From contig NW_003314271.1 of assembly GCF_000143415.4 (NCBI RefSeq), positions 2,028,806 to 2,092,805 of the forward strand: a stretch of 64,000 bases of DNA. The letters run 5' to 3'. Both the position numbers and the translations under genes were made by a program. The DNA comes from Selaginella moellendorffii (lineage: Eukaryota; Plantae; Lycopodiophyta). The notes under the pieces are model-generated. The model was given only the letters and a program-made list of their open reading frames with translations, was not told the origin of the DNA and ran no database searches. Positions 1 through 12,087 of the stretch are shown here, in pieces; within the stretch, counting starts at the first letter, position 1, and every line of letters begins with the position of its first letter.

Positions 1-128
1 TCCAATAACATGCTGTAACACTTCTAGTATAATGCAAATCCTCTCAAAGAATTGTCTTTTAATATTAATACAATGGCATGGAACCCCATGCCATAATAAG
101 TTACATTTTTAAATAAATACATGCCATC

Positions 129-3100
129 TCAGACTGTTATTTTTTGCCTCCAACGCCTATACAATAATCTTGGAATTTCATCACTCTCCACACTATCAGG
201 ATTTAAACCCAATAGTAATGCCATCTCTTCTCTAATACGTCCACGCTCATGTTCAGTGGTCGAAGAACCCATCCGGTTGAGCAGATTATGGAGATGCGGA
301 TAGTGCTTGGCTAGACAATATACATGCCATAAATGATGACTGGTGTCTGTCCGATCAAATGGCTTTTGATATACCGTTCCATCTGCCATTTGGTTGATTT
401 CTGCACCCACCTCCTGGATTGGCCGGTTCTCTATCACCATCGCTCCAAGCCGTTTTGCAAGGTCCCCCAGAACATACGGTTTCTTCTCCCTAGTTTCCAT
501 ACTGCAAGAGATGGGGTGCATTGCATATGTGTGCATGTTTGCTGCAGTTTTAATCGGCGAGTCATCGATGATGAGGATTTCACTTGACCTAGCAGTCCGG
601 TTCATCACTACAGCCTCTGGCTTGACGAAGATGGGCTTGCTACCCCTCACATGGACCATAGTCAAGCAATCCTCCTACGTTAGGAGAAAGTCAAATGGTA
701 ATATTACTCGCATCTGATCGTGCATCATCTGTAGCAACGTTAATGCATTGTGGCGCATCATGGATGTCCAAACTCCCAATTGCAAATTGAACCCGACCCT
801 CTGTTTTAAGTGTCGCATGGTCATTATTAGATCCCGCAGTTTCTCCCGTGTGATTAATGTGAATCTGTCTCTTTTGACCAACTTGCGACCGCAGGCTTTG
901 GAGGGTGCAGTGACATTCGAGGACGAGCCACGCTCATGGGAGAAAAGGACACCGTTCAGATCAAAAACGATACAGTACCTTCGCCGTGACTCTGAAATGA
1001 AATGCGTCAGCATAAAAAATGGTACAAGTCAATTTTACCATCTACAATATTAGCGAATGGTGCTCCCGATGGTCGTTGAGAGGGTTTTGGTCGAGGAAAC
1101 GTGAAGGGCGGAAATACTCTCCTCTGCAATGTGGGGTCAATCGCATCCGATGGCGTGTGGGCACATGCTATTTCAACTGTAGACTCTGGTACAACTGGCT
1201 CAACAGTGGCATGGGGTGGTTCCGATGGCGTGTGATCACACGCCATTTCAGCTGATGCCTCCGTTGGCAAAGTGGACATGACCGAACAGGCAGCAGGGGC
1301 GGTGTAGGGAGGTTCCAACGGCACGTAGTCAGACGATTGGGCACACGTTGAGTCCGTTGGAAATGAGGATACGACTGGCTCGGCGGCTGGGGCGGCCTCA
1401 TGCGGGTCCAATGGCGCCTGGTCACCGTCAGTTGGATACGTGGACAAGATTGACTCAGTGGTATGGGCAGCATCAAGTGGAGCGTGGTCAGCTTGCTTGG
1501 CGTTGATATGGATAGTAGCCTCCACCAGCTCTGATGACTCTTGCAGGCAAGTAGAGTCCACTGGCGGATCTATATGCATGTCCAAATATCTCCCTTCGAT
1601 TGAGATGGTATCCTCCCTACTGGCTACTAAAAACAAACTCATTAGCACATTGAATCAACTATACTGTATTTACCATCAACTGCTATTGAGGAACTAGGAC
1701 CGATATCACTTGGGCGCACTGCTGATTCTGAAGGATTGGACATACGTTTCGACCCTTGCTTGGCACTATCCTTCCTCGACACTAAAGGCTAGAGTTTGTA
1801 TCTTAATTCAACTGAATAATCTCTACTTACCATTTGCTCTGCGACCTACATGGACAATGTTAGAAATAGTAAAAGGTTAGGAATGGATGTACTATTATTT
1901 ACCTGATGGTTTGTCTTGTATGACCTTCCTCCGCTGCTCTTTGGCCACCTCAGGCTGGCCATCGTTGTCATCATCGTCGTCGTCGTTATTGTGATCGTCA
2001 CCATTGTGAGGACCATCTAAGTCCTCTTCGTCCTCCTCTTCTTCGTCCTCCTCCTCTTTGTCCTCCTCTTCGTCCTTCTGCTCTTCTTGCTCATTATCTT
2101 TCTCTGGCTCCTCATCCCCCTCCTGCATTTCTTCCATAGGCTGCTCAGGCTGGATGGCTTGTTCTTCCAGGACCATCTTGGGAAAATCATCTGGCCGAGT
2201 CTCCATCTCAAAATACAAGACATCCATAGCCTGTTTTAGTGCGTGACCTAGGACTGTATCCTCACGCGACTGTCTTAACATGGTTTTTGCACGTTCTTGC
2301 ACCCTTCGAAGATGACGAGATGAGAAAAATGTGGCCCTGACTTGAAAAGCATCCCTCATCCATTCCATTGAGATTGGGGAAGGGGAGTCCGCCATAGGAA
2401 TCTGAGTCAGGAGGTGGTGACTGGCTGCTTTCACTCAGCCCTTGATCTGCAATGAATGGCATGAGCACACACGCCATAACCGCGAGGCATTACCTATCAT
2501 CTTTTCGTTGCCCTTCTTCCTTTTCGAATCAAACGCCTTTGATCCCGACGACTGTCCAACGTGCTTTCACTTTTTATGACCACTGTCAGTTTGAGCTTGG
2601 CTGGTGCTTGCCTGTTTTGCCTTTGAAGAAGTGTCTCCTGCAAGGAATGGCATGAGACCACACGCCATTGCAAATATAATTTGTACCTCCTTTTTTCCTA
2701 TTGCTTGTCTGTTTGTCCTTCTTTGACGCGCCACCAGTGCGCTTTTCAGTCCTCGTGTCTGAATATTCACAACGATCTATAATCAAAATGGCGTGAGGCC
2801 TCATGTGACCTTACCTTGTGCAGGTTGTGAGCTCGGCCCAACATGGGTATCTTCAACAGTAGCTGTTAACGCCGTTTCAGCATCTAGGGGTGGCCACGCT
2901 CCTGCATACAGAGCTTGTGAGATAACATTTAAACTTAAAGTGCGTACTCACCAGGTTCGCAGAGAAGATACTGTTTTTCTTTGGCAACTGTAATTATATG
3001 CTCCATTGAAGTCACTTCTTCAATGGAGTTTGTCACCGCAACACACAGGACACCCTTGAGTAGTGCGGCTCGAAAGAATAGTCCGCCGCAGTTGTACTCG

Positions 3101-5750
3101 ACAACGCATTTGCCCTTGGAGTCGGAAGCAGGTGACCCACCCGCTATTGCGTTGAAGACCCAGCTGAGCATTTCCCATGCTGCACCTGGAGCTTTCTCTG
3201 GATTCGAAAGCTCCATAGCCGTCTTCAGTTCCTCAGGCATGGGTAAATTGACCTCCCTCAGATCAATTCGATCGGCCTTGTCGAACGAAGCTGGGAAGTC
3301 ACTCCAGTCCCACTCTGCTGCAGGACCAATAACAAGGGTGAGTGTGAAGATGCGGACATTCGTCGGTACCTTCTTCTTAGCCATTATCCCATGGATCTCC
3401 TGCATCTCCTTGCCTTTCAACCGAGCCTTCACCTCGTTCAAGGCCTTCCAGAACTTGTGATAGGATTCGGAGTCGTAGATCATATAGCGGACTGAAGATT
3501 CCACCTCCGCAAGTCCCACTATTAAGTCAATGATGGAGCTGACTTCGTCTGCATGAGTGATCTCCTCGTTTGTGAAGTCCATCACACAAAAGATGTTCTT
3601 GACCTGCTCATCTCCGCGGGAAACGATGCTCCTCCACCTTTGATCCTCATCCGAATTCACGTATACCTGGTAAGGTTCTCGATAGGCCTCTGCTGCGGGG
3701 TCGAGCTGTTTCTGAAGCCGGCGGTCGACATCCCTCTTAATGAAATTTGGATACTGATCCAACTTCTCAGCTTTACTTTTCGTGGCATCCCGCAGCAGAT
3801 CGATGAACTTGGGGGCCCCCTTCACGTACTCGTCGATGTCTTCATTTGACAACTCCAGCTCTTCCATCATCTCTTGCATGGTGTCGATGCTCACCCTCTC
3901 CATGGCCACTTGCTCGAAGATCCAATCCTTCAATAGCGCATGAGCTCTCAGAGTCGTGCACAAGTCCTCGTATGTCACAATATGGCCGGGAGTCATTTTG
4001 GTGTTGTTGAAGACTACCTCACCACATAGAAGAGCATTAGCCACTGTCAGAAGGTCGTCGTCGTCTAGAGACCGCGAGAAACGCAAGGCGTTGAGCTTCA
4101 AATCATTGGGCTTCCGGCCGTCCTCCACACCCATTGAGTTTAGCAACTCCCCGTCATGGTACCTCCTCAGCACATCTACCCATTTGTCAAAAATAACTTT
4201 TGTCGCGAGTAGAATGTTATGGATGCTGAGTGTGTCATTGACCCCCAGTGTTTTCGAGAGAAGACTCGAGAATTCCTGCAATGGAAATGGCGTGAGGCCA
4301 CATGCTATGCCACATGCAACGAGGCTTACCTGCCAGGCGCTAGTTGCTAGTGCACGTCCTTGTCCTGGTTTTTGTGGCTTCTTCAGTTGAACCCAGAGCT
4401 TCCGTGTTCGTGCCAATGTCTCGTGCAGACCCGATTTGTAGCACGTTTCTTGCTTGACATTCTGCGCGTGGGAGATGGATATGATAGATCAGAGGGGCGA
4501 GTTGCCTTTTATCAGGCGGACAACTCTTGTCTTGAAGACTTTCTTCACCTCCTCGCCCACCATAATATCCACAACTATCTGTTGCATCGCCAAGCTAGAA
4601 TGCTGCCCGGAGACGACATAGAACTGGATGTTCTGATCGTCCAACACCTTCCTATTGATCAAGTCTGGAAACCTCGTCTCGCCCTTCATTGTTCGGTAGT
4701 AGGGGATCACGTCTGCGATGTCGGGTGTTACTGGACTTGCCAGCATCTTCTGCTTCAGTTTCTCCACCCACTCATCAGATACTAGCCTGTGGTTGTATTT
4801 TCTTTGGATCTTGATACGGCTCACGTCGATTGTATATACTTTGTTGGAATAGTAACAAGTACTATTATCTGCAACGATTTTTGCTGCCTCTTCTTGCTCT
4901 TTCTGCTCTTTGCGGCTCTTCTTTTTGGTGGGTGTAGTGTTCGAACCCGAGGCAATGGCATCACCGAGTAGCTTCTTTTTTGGAGCAGCAGAGTCGGACG
5001 TCAGCTTGAGCTTGACCACCCTTTTCTGCTTCGGGGTAGTTTCCAGATCGACCCCCTTCCCCTTTGCTTCGCAAACTGGAGGCACTCTCAACGGCTCAAT
5101 GTTGGAATATAGTTTTTGAACATCACCGTAGGTGAGGTCCGTGGATTCCATGTGATCTTCATAGACCCGCAGCGTCTTTGAAATTGTGGGCCTCCTGGAC
5201 AACCTCTCCCTAGCTCCCTCTAGGAATTCCTCATAGCCGCTGCCCCCCTCCGGGAAGCCGCTAGGATGTGCAAGGTGGATCTTGAAGGCGGACGCTGTCT
5301 CTACCACAAGTGCCAGTGCATATTCTTGCATGGAACTGCATGGAGTGTCTGTCACTTGGATGAGGATCCCCATGCATTCTTTTCTCCCACCATCTGTGTT
5401 GTACAGCCTCAGATCCTCGCTTTCCATCCCGAAAGTCCAACTGGTGAGCTCCTCCCCCTTCTCTGCATCCACATTGATAGTGGCTGGAAGAAGAACGCAA
5501 TTCCTCGCCTGTTCAGAAATGCACAACAATTATAGCTGACAGATGAAAAGCTAGCAGCTGGAAATAACGTGAGGCCACACGCCATTCACCACTGCATCAG
5601 ATGTCTTGAGGCTGCATCCTAAGATGGCGTGAAGCTACACGCCATCTGTAACCAGACTGCACTCGAGAGCCCAATCGGTGCATGCCAATGTTGCTACTGA
5701 ATGGCATGTGGCCTCATGCCATTTTCTACTTGGCCTAAAAGACTTACCAT
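129..5750 (-). pseudogene. Spliced cargo gene, copy 1: ParB/Srx-like + degenerate amino-MTase fold + low-complexity linker + FCP1/NIF-type HAD phosphatase
   Basis: Inverted twin of 50926-56505. Motifs: FYVVSGQHS (ParB-like), GKCVVEYNCGG..AALLKG (MTase motif I-like), IVFDLNGVL..WTS..IIDDSPIK (HAD). Lesions: TGA at 4489-4491, an 8-bp deletion near 2365, TAG at 675-677. Confidence 0.75.
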
Positions 5751-7993
5751 TTGAAGCCGAATGGAGGCGTGACAATCGAGGCCAGACTCGCTGGCAAATG
5801 TGCACTGTGTGTGCAGCGGATCGTAGCAGCAAGGCTACTCTGCCACTTACAGTTGGAGAGTGGCGCTGAAATCTCCCGGGACGCCAAGTGGGCTGCTTGT
5901 GGGTGGCGGAGTGGGCGGCGCAGTTGGCGGCGAAGTTACAAACTGGGTGTGTCTTGAAGTGGACACCGATGCACACGAGAAACCTGTAGAGAAGGTAGAT
6001 GAGCGCAAATGTGAGCGTGATCGCGAGTGGGAGCGCGATGCAAGCTCGAGTGTGCGAGCGCGAGTACGATGCAAAACCTAACCTCACACGCGCGAAATGT
6101 CACGACGGTTGGTAATCCCGCCACGTCATCATTCCTCGGACTTGGGCACCACCATTAATTTCTGGATCGCCGCGCGCATGCATGCACGTGAAATCCAAAA
6201 GAAATCCGCAACGTCATCATTCCTCGGACTGCATGCACGCGAAATCCAAAAGAAAGATCATGATTGGGATATCATTTAATACCCTCGCTATATTTATACC
6301 ATGCATGATTGGATATTCCAAAGCATCTTGTATTTCCAAAAATGCCAGATGTTCAGCTAAATAAAGAATGGTATACAATGTCCTTCTTGATGACCCTACA
6401 AAGAAGCATCTTGATCGGACACCACATGAGACCACACGAGCCTTACAATGTTTCAGGGGCATTTGCCATAGATCCGACCGTTATTTTGCTCCAAGATTCT
6501 ACAGTTTGGTGTGCATTGACCTTTCCATCGACATTGCAAAGGGACATCACAATCAGATGCGGGATCACAAGAAACTAACTTCACTAACTCTGGTTTCACC
6601 AAGATCTACGTAAGGAGTTATGAAATGAAAGGACCCTCTCTATTGAAATGTGTTTATGGTCCTAGGGGCATTGTGACATATTAAAGGATTTTGCATCAAG
6701 TTCTGTATTTGCATGTTTATCAAGCTACTGAATTGCTAAACCCTAAACCCTAAACATGTGGCAAATGCTGCATGAAGAAAGATGCCCTTTCTGGGCAAAT
6801 GCTGTAAGAGGCAGATGCCGAGCAGATGTATCTCAGGCTAGCGAAGGGGACAAACGAAAGCTAGCTATAAACATGACGGGATGCAAATAGATTACTAGGC
6901 TGGTCCTGCGAAAATCAAAAACCATAATTGAAAACATTGAAAATGCAAAAAGAAAGGTTTATAATATTTTTGAATTTTAAGCAACCAAAGGAATGTAAGT
7001 AGGGCATGTGTTTGTAAGTTTAAAAATGCCTCAACCACTTAAATTCCCAAGTAAATAAAGCTGTTTCTATTTTTGGTACAGGTAAACTTTATAGCGTGTG
7101 GGCTCATGCAATTTTGAACCCAAAAATGCACCAAAAAATGCTCGACTAGCATTATTCTTTGAATGGCGTGTGGCCTTATATTGCCATAAATGGACGTACA
7201 CACACAGCATAATTATTCCTTTACACGGTGAATAATCTTGGCGCGGATCGCTGACATGGCATGGCAAAGTTCGAATCACTGACATGGCACAGCTGGATCG
7301 AGGCAAGGACATGATGTGACAAAGTTCAACCTCTGACAGCAAAGTCTAGAAGCTACTCAGTTTGAAATTTGTCAGAGGAATCATAAGATCTGGTTTGTCA
7401 GAGGATTTGATGTGACGTTCAAGCGTGTGTTATTTTTGAATTCTTGAACTCATTCCTAGGTCTATCATTTTTGTGCGCTGTGTTCTTGGTTCCACTGAGC
7501 GCAGTGAGCGCTGCTTGTGTAAGCGGCGTTGTGAGCTGTGGTTTATGCGTCTATGAGCGGTTGCGGCATTGCGAGCGCCATTGCGAGCGGCAGTTTATGC
7601 GAGTGGCAGTTTGTGCGAGCGGCGCTACGAGTAGTTGCGGTGTTGCGAGCGGCACTGTCTTTGGTGTGGCTACCGCTTCCTCTTGATATTCGGCACTTGT
7701 GCTTCCTGGTATGTTCACCATGGAATGGCTTAGGACCACATTTAGAAATGGCATGAGGCCACATGCCATTAGTGGTACCACTAATGGCATGAGGGCTCAT
7801 GCCAATAGTGGTACCACTAATGGCATGAGGGCTCATGCCAATTTTGTGAATGCGAAATTTCACGTGGGTGTCAATAGCATGTTTGAATAATGGCATGTGG
7901 CCTCATGCTATTGAGGTTGTTTGGTATGTTATGATTTAGGTCATTCTCCAATCATTTTTTGTATGGTCTTAACTTCTTTTCTGCACTTTCAGA

Positions 7994-10634
7994 ATGGCCT
8001 CCGCAAGTGCGACGCATGTTCCCTCCGTGGATCTTAAGAACCGTGCTACATGGATTCAGGCAAAGGTGTTTCTAAACAACCCCGAGGGGGAGGTGGTAGC
8101 TGAGGGCTTAGCCACAGTTGTCGATCCAAGAGATGCGGTTGCTAATCAAGAATTGGGCTGGGATGATATTGGAGTTGCAATTTTAGAGGTTGTTGACACA
8201 GAAGAAAATAGTCTGACTATTGGAAGCATTGTGCGGTGGAAATTGAGGCACTTAGTGTTTGAGAATGTGAAGGATTCACAATTAAACACCACTACAACTG
8301 ATGACAGAACATCTCTTCATGGGAAAAGAAAGTACACCTTCCTAAAGCGCAGCCAAAGGGATCTGAGCAACGAACCGAAAAGGCAGAAAATGGCGATGGA
8401 GGTTTGAATGGTCTCGACAGTTGCTTGTTGCAAGAGGAGGTGCTGTCAACATGCTGATTGGGATGCTATTGAAGAGGAGAGAGCAAGATACAAGACATTG
8501 TCCTGGAAGGCAGCTCGCAATTTTGTGTATGAGGCATTACGGTCATCTGTTGATGCTTGAGAACATCAGGTGGGGGGCATGGTCTTCCAGAGGGGTTTGG
8601 TCTGCATGAAGGCATGGAGAATCATTTATGGAGTCCCTCAAACCACATTCTACAGAATCAAAACTGAGTTTGAGGAACAAAGGGTTCAACAGGCAGTCCA
8701 TGGGAACGACGGTACTCACAAAACCAGGGGTCATGTTGTATATGGAGAGGCAATCTTCAAGAGGTTTGTCGAGACATGTAGCGAGCAGCAACCACATAAA
8801 ACCCGCCTCTTGGAAGATGGAACTCGAGACACCCAACGAGTTCTCCCTTCCATGTATACCAAGGGGGCCATATTGGAAGATGTGAATCGGGAACTCTAGA
8901 GTAATGGCTACAGGAAGCTGAGCCAATCTAGATTTAGTAGATTGTGGAGCAACAGGTTCAGGGATGTGAGTATAGGAAAGTACTCCAGCTTTTCAAAGTG
9001 TGACGAGTGCACTGCTATCAAAATGGCTTTGTCGAAGAATTCTTGCATCGCTCAAGAGCGAGAGACGTTGGTGTAAGGAACCAACTCGCCGAGGTGTCGT
9101 AGGCTAAAGGAACCCCGAAAGCATGACCAAAATGACAAAGACTTCATCGGATGGGACCAAGTCAAAGATAGAGTCTGGAATCGAGTCCGAGACCGACTCT
9201 AGGACCGAGTTCGAGATAGAGTCCGGAATCGAGTCCGAGACCGACTCGGGGACCGAGTTCGAGTCCGAGTTCGAGACCAAGTTCGAGACGGAGTCCGAGA
9301 TCCGAAATCGGGTCCAAGACCGAGTCCGAAATCGAGTCCGAGGTCGGGCCCGAGATCGGGTCCGAGATCGAGTCCGCGATCGAGTCCGAGACCGAATCCG
9401 AAGTCGGATCCGAAATCGGATCCGAGATCGAGCCAGAGACTAAGTCCAAATACTAATACGGGTCAAGGGGTGAAAGCCCAAAGCGTGCGTCCCCCAGGGG
9501 GGGGGGGGGGGCTGCAGGGGGTTCCAAAAGTATAGTAGGGATAGTGAGGCCCAGGAACCAGTTTTGAAGGGACTCTCCAGTTGGGCTTCCAAACCGACTT
9601 GAGGTTGAGACTAGGACCGAGGGGCCTTGGGTGGGAGTGAGCATGGACTTGGCTGGTGCCGGAGGGGCCATCCAAGGAAGTGCTCAAGAGCAGCTCCCAC
9701 TCCCGAAAGGGAAACCAATTGCGGTGCTCCCGGCTCATGTGGAGTGGTGCCCCACTTGAGTACCATGCGACTCATTGGTCCTCACCCTTCCTAAGGGCTT
9801 GGGCCTTCCTTCGGGATGGAAGTGGGGGGCGAGAGGTACCCATACCGGGCCGCTAGGCCACGGTGTTTCGCCTCGACGTCCCGAAGCAAGTGTTGCACTC
9901 AAGACTTGGGATTTAGAGGGTCCCATGATCAAGTCTTGTGGTACCAAGGGATGTTAGGCACCTGGAAGCTTGGTGTGCTTGGCTGCTTGTGCTTGCGGGG
10001 AGTGTAGCCGAACCTTAGTCCAGTCTAACCCGGGGAGGGGGATTGGGAGTGATTTGGGAATCTGTGGAAGGATGGCTAACACTCCGTTGTTCGTGCAGTG
10101 AGTAGCTGAAACCAAGTAGGAGCTGGTACCATAGGCGAGAACCTTGGCAAGGGAACTTAGCAAAAGCCAAGGCAGTGTTGGACGGATAGACGAGGTAAGC
10201 TGGCAAATTGGAAAAGAAAAATTTGTGGCTTACAGTTGGTTAGAAGGCGGCTCGACCACAACATTGAGCAGAGAAGCTGCAGGACTGCATATTATTATAA
10301 CAGGATTCTCTCCATGGAGAGACCTAACTCTTACCTCTGCATCATCCACGACAAAATGGACCAGAAAAAGACGTGCTTACCTCGACTCAATCCTGCCCCC
10401 AAGGCAATCTCTTCATCCATGCAGCTGCCTGTGTCTCTGTTTGGCATAATCGCTCATGGGCATGGTGCCCAGAACTATGGGAACTTCTTTGTACCTCTAT
10501 GGGGTGGCGGGGGTGCAAACATGATGATTGCGTCCCTAGCAAAACACTTAAGGTCTCTGCAAAGTGCGCAGACTGAGCTGAACGGCCAACCCTTGCATAA
10601 GGCCCTTGTCGATCGAACCCCATACAGGTTCTAG
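7994..10634 (+). pseudogene. DUF7869/Sola-like DDD-type transposase, interrupted by a solo LTR and 3'-truncated
   Basis: One frame from 7994 to 9071 with three stops, each explicable by C>T (8405, 8558, 8897). Contains CCKRRCC, VCMKAW..YG, HGN and FSRLW..FSKCDEC. Removing the LTR plus one TSD rejoins ERETL-VRRRLDH in frame to IIHDKMDQKKT..HGHG. The expected DN..NKN and GHT..D motifs are absent. Confidence 0.75.
9072..10234 (+). mobile_element. Solo LTR of chromovirus family A
   Basis: TGTAAGG...GCTTACA with 5-bp TSD GTTGG (9067-9071, 10235-10239). Homologous to the LTRs at 15746, 20259, 36440 and 57288. Confidence 0.95.
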
Positions 10635-11169
10635 CAAATCTTACTTAAAGTTCAAGGTGAACAAGCCGAATATGAATTCATCGGATTGTTATAACAAATT
10701 GCGAGGTGATGGCATGAGGTGATACGCCATTTGAGAGTGGTAGCCATTCCTATATGAGGTGAGTGAAATATTTATTAGAAATACCTCATTCAATTGTGCA
10801 CTTCTAAGTCTTGGTCCACTCAATACTAAAATGTTATTTAGCATGTGGCTTCATGCCATTGCTCTCCACAATCATGCATTGAATTTTTCTATCCTTGCAT
10901 AATACTTCTCCATATATATAGCATGTGCGCACATGTGATATGGTTCATTAGGCCTAATATAGTGTGTGAGGTAAAACAAAGATGATGTGACATATGCATT
11001 TACCAATCACACGATAAATCTAATAATATGGCGTGTGGCCCATATTAATGGCACATAAACCCATATTGTGGGCTTACGTGCTTTATGTACCATCATTCCC
11101 TTGCAGCGTGTGTGTTGGTTTCCTTTTATAACACAACGAACTCCATATTTTAGGGTGAAGAGCGTTCTC

Positions 11170-11427
11170 ATGGCAAGCACAAAATCTGTAAGTGAGGCAG
11201 AAAAGGAGACGGAGAAGGAGATAGGTGAAGATGTAGAATATATAAGTCTTCCAAACTCCCCGTACTATACTCCAGGTGATCATTTTTCTGAACAAACGGC
11301 AACATTAACAACTATCGAGAACGCCCCAGTAACGTCAGAGACAACAATCCAAAGCAAAACAACTGACCTGGAGAAGGATGATAGTACCGCTGAGAGTACC
11401 AAAAAGGAGGTGTCCACTAGCGCTTAG
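11170..11427 (+). CDS. Small (85 aa) S/T/E-rich element-encoded protein of unknown function
   Basis: Shares SLPxSxYYTPG, NAPVTSETTIQSK and DSTAEST with ORF 61030-61278. Confidence 0.55.
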   Translation: MASTKSVSEAEKETEKEIGEDVEYISLPNSPYYTPGDHFSEQTATLTTIENAPVTSETTIQSKTTDLEKDDSTAESTKKEVSTSA

Positions 11428-12087
11428 GCTTATAATGGCGTGTGCCCTCATGCCATTTACTTGATCACCAAATACCTTTTTCCCTTTGCACTAGTATATC
11501 TTAATACCGGTCTGAGAAATAGAATGGCATGTGCCCTCAGGCCTTTTACTAAATCACCTTTGAAAGAAATGCAAGCCTCTATGTCGTAAAAAAAAGGTAC
11601 TAGAGAAATTCCTTAATAATATGAATGTTATTTAGTTTCATGAAAATACACTAAGGGTCAAATGAGTTAAATGACTTCTCCAGACTAGCAATGCCTCTTG
11701 CTACACCTTCACAATTAGATTCGTTAGAAAAAGATAACATTGAATAATATCTAAATGTTCTCACCATTAAGTTATATGTCTGGCTAATAGGAATGACATT
11801 CATCTTGGAAAGCTCACCACACGCTCAATGAACAAACAAATAGTGTGTGCGCGCATGCCATCGCTCTTCTTTAGCTTCAGATTCGGCTTGTTCACCTTGA
11901 CAATGAGATTTATTATACAACCAGATGGACTCAGTCTGGACACAAAGTCACTGCACTAGTCACCATGCCCCAGATATGTCTAGCTCCTGGACAAAAAACA
12001 TATAATTTCACGTCATTTTCAAATACTTGAAAATTTGTACCTAGTCCCATTTTACTGAATAAATCCCACTTTAACGAAATAGAGCTT

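Larger units (their letters stand above)
73..11861. repeat. Dispersed 22-bp palindromes ATGGCRTG-N6-CAYGCCAT, copy 1
   Basis: Good copies start at 73, 1150, 1225, 2456, 2647, 4287, 5564, 5624, 5701, 7091, 7748, 7784, 7820, 7890, 10709, 10838, 11435 and 11840. Partial copies at 2788, 7163, 10918, 11028 and 11524. Confidence 0.92.
1..12087. mobile_element. Large TIR DNA transposon, copy 1 (Sola/DUF7869-like); left end lies just outside the window
   Basis: Ends in TCCCACTTTAACGAAATAGAGCTT (12064-12087), the same TIR that bounds 48526-56949. 1-6838 and 11368-12087 are near-identical inverted matches to copy 2. Gypsy integrase sequence resumes immediately at 12088. Confidence 0.9.

Noticed and set aside
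5635-6613. Short ORFs upstream of the cargo gene (SRSHSRS-rich; MVYNVLLDD...)
   Set aside because: GC-rich repeat or promoter-like DNA with no recognisable domain, and indels differ between the copies. An unrecognised small gene at 6365-6840 cannot be excluded.
7748-7911. CRISPR-like repeat-spacer array
   Set aside because: The spacers are identical palindromes, the context is eukaryotic and there are no cas genes.
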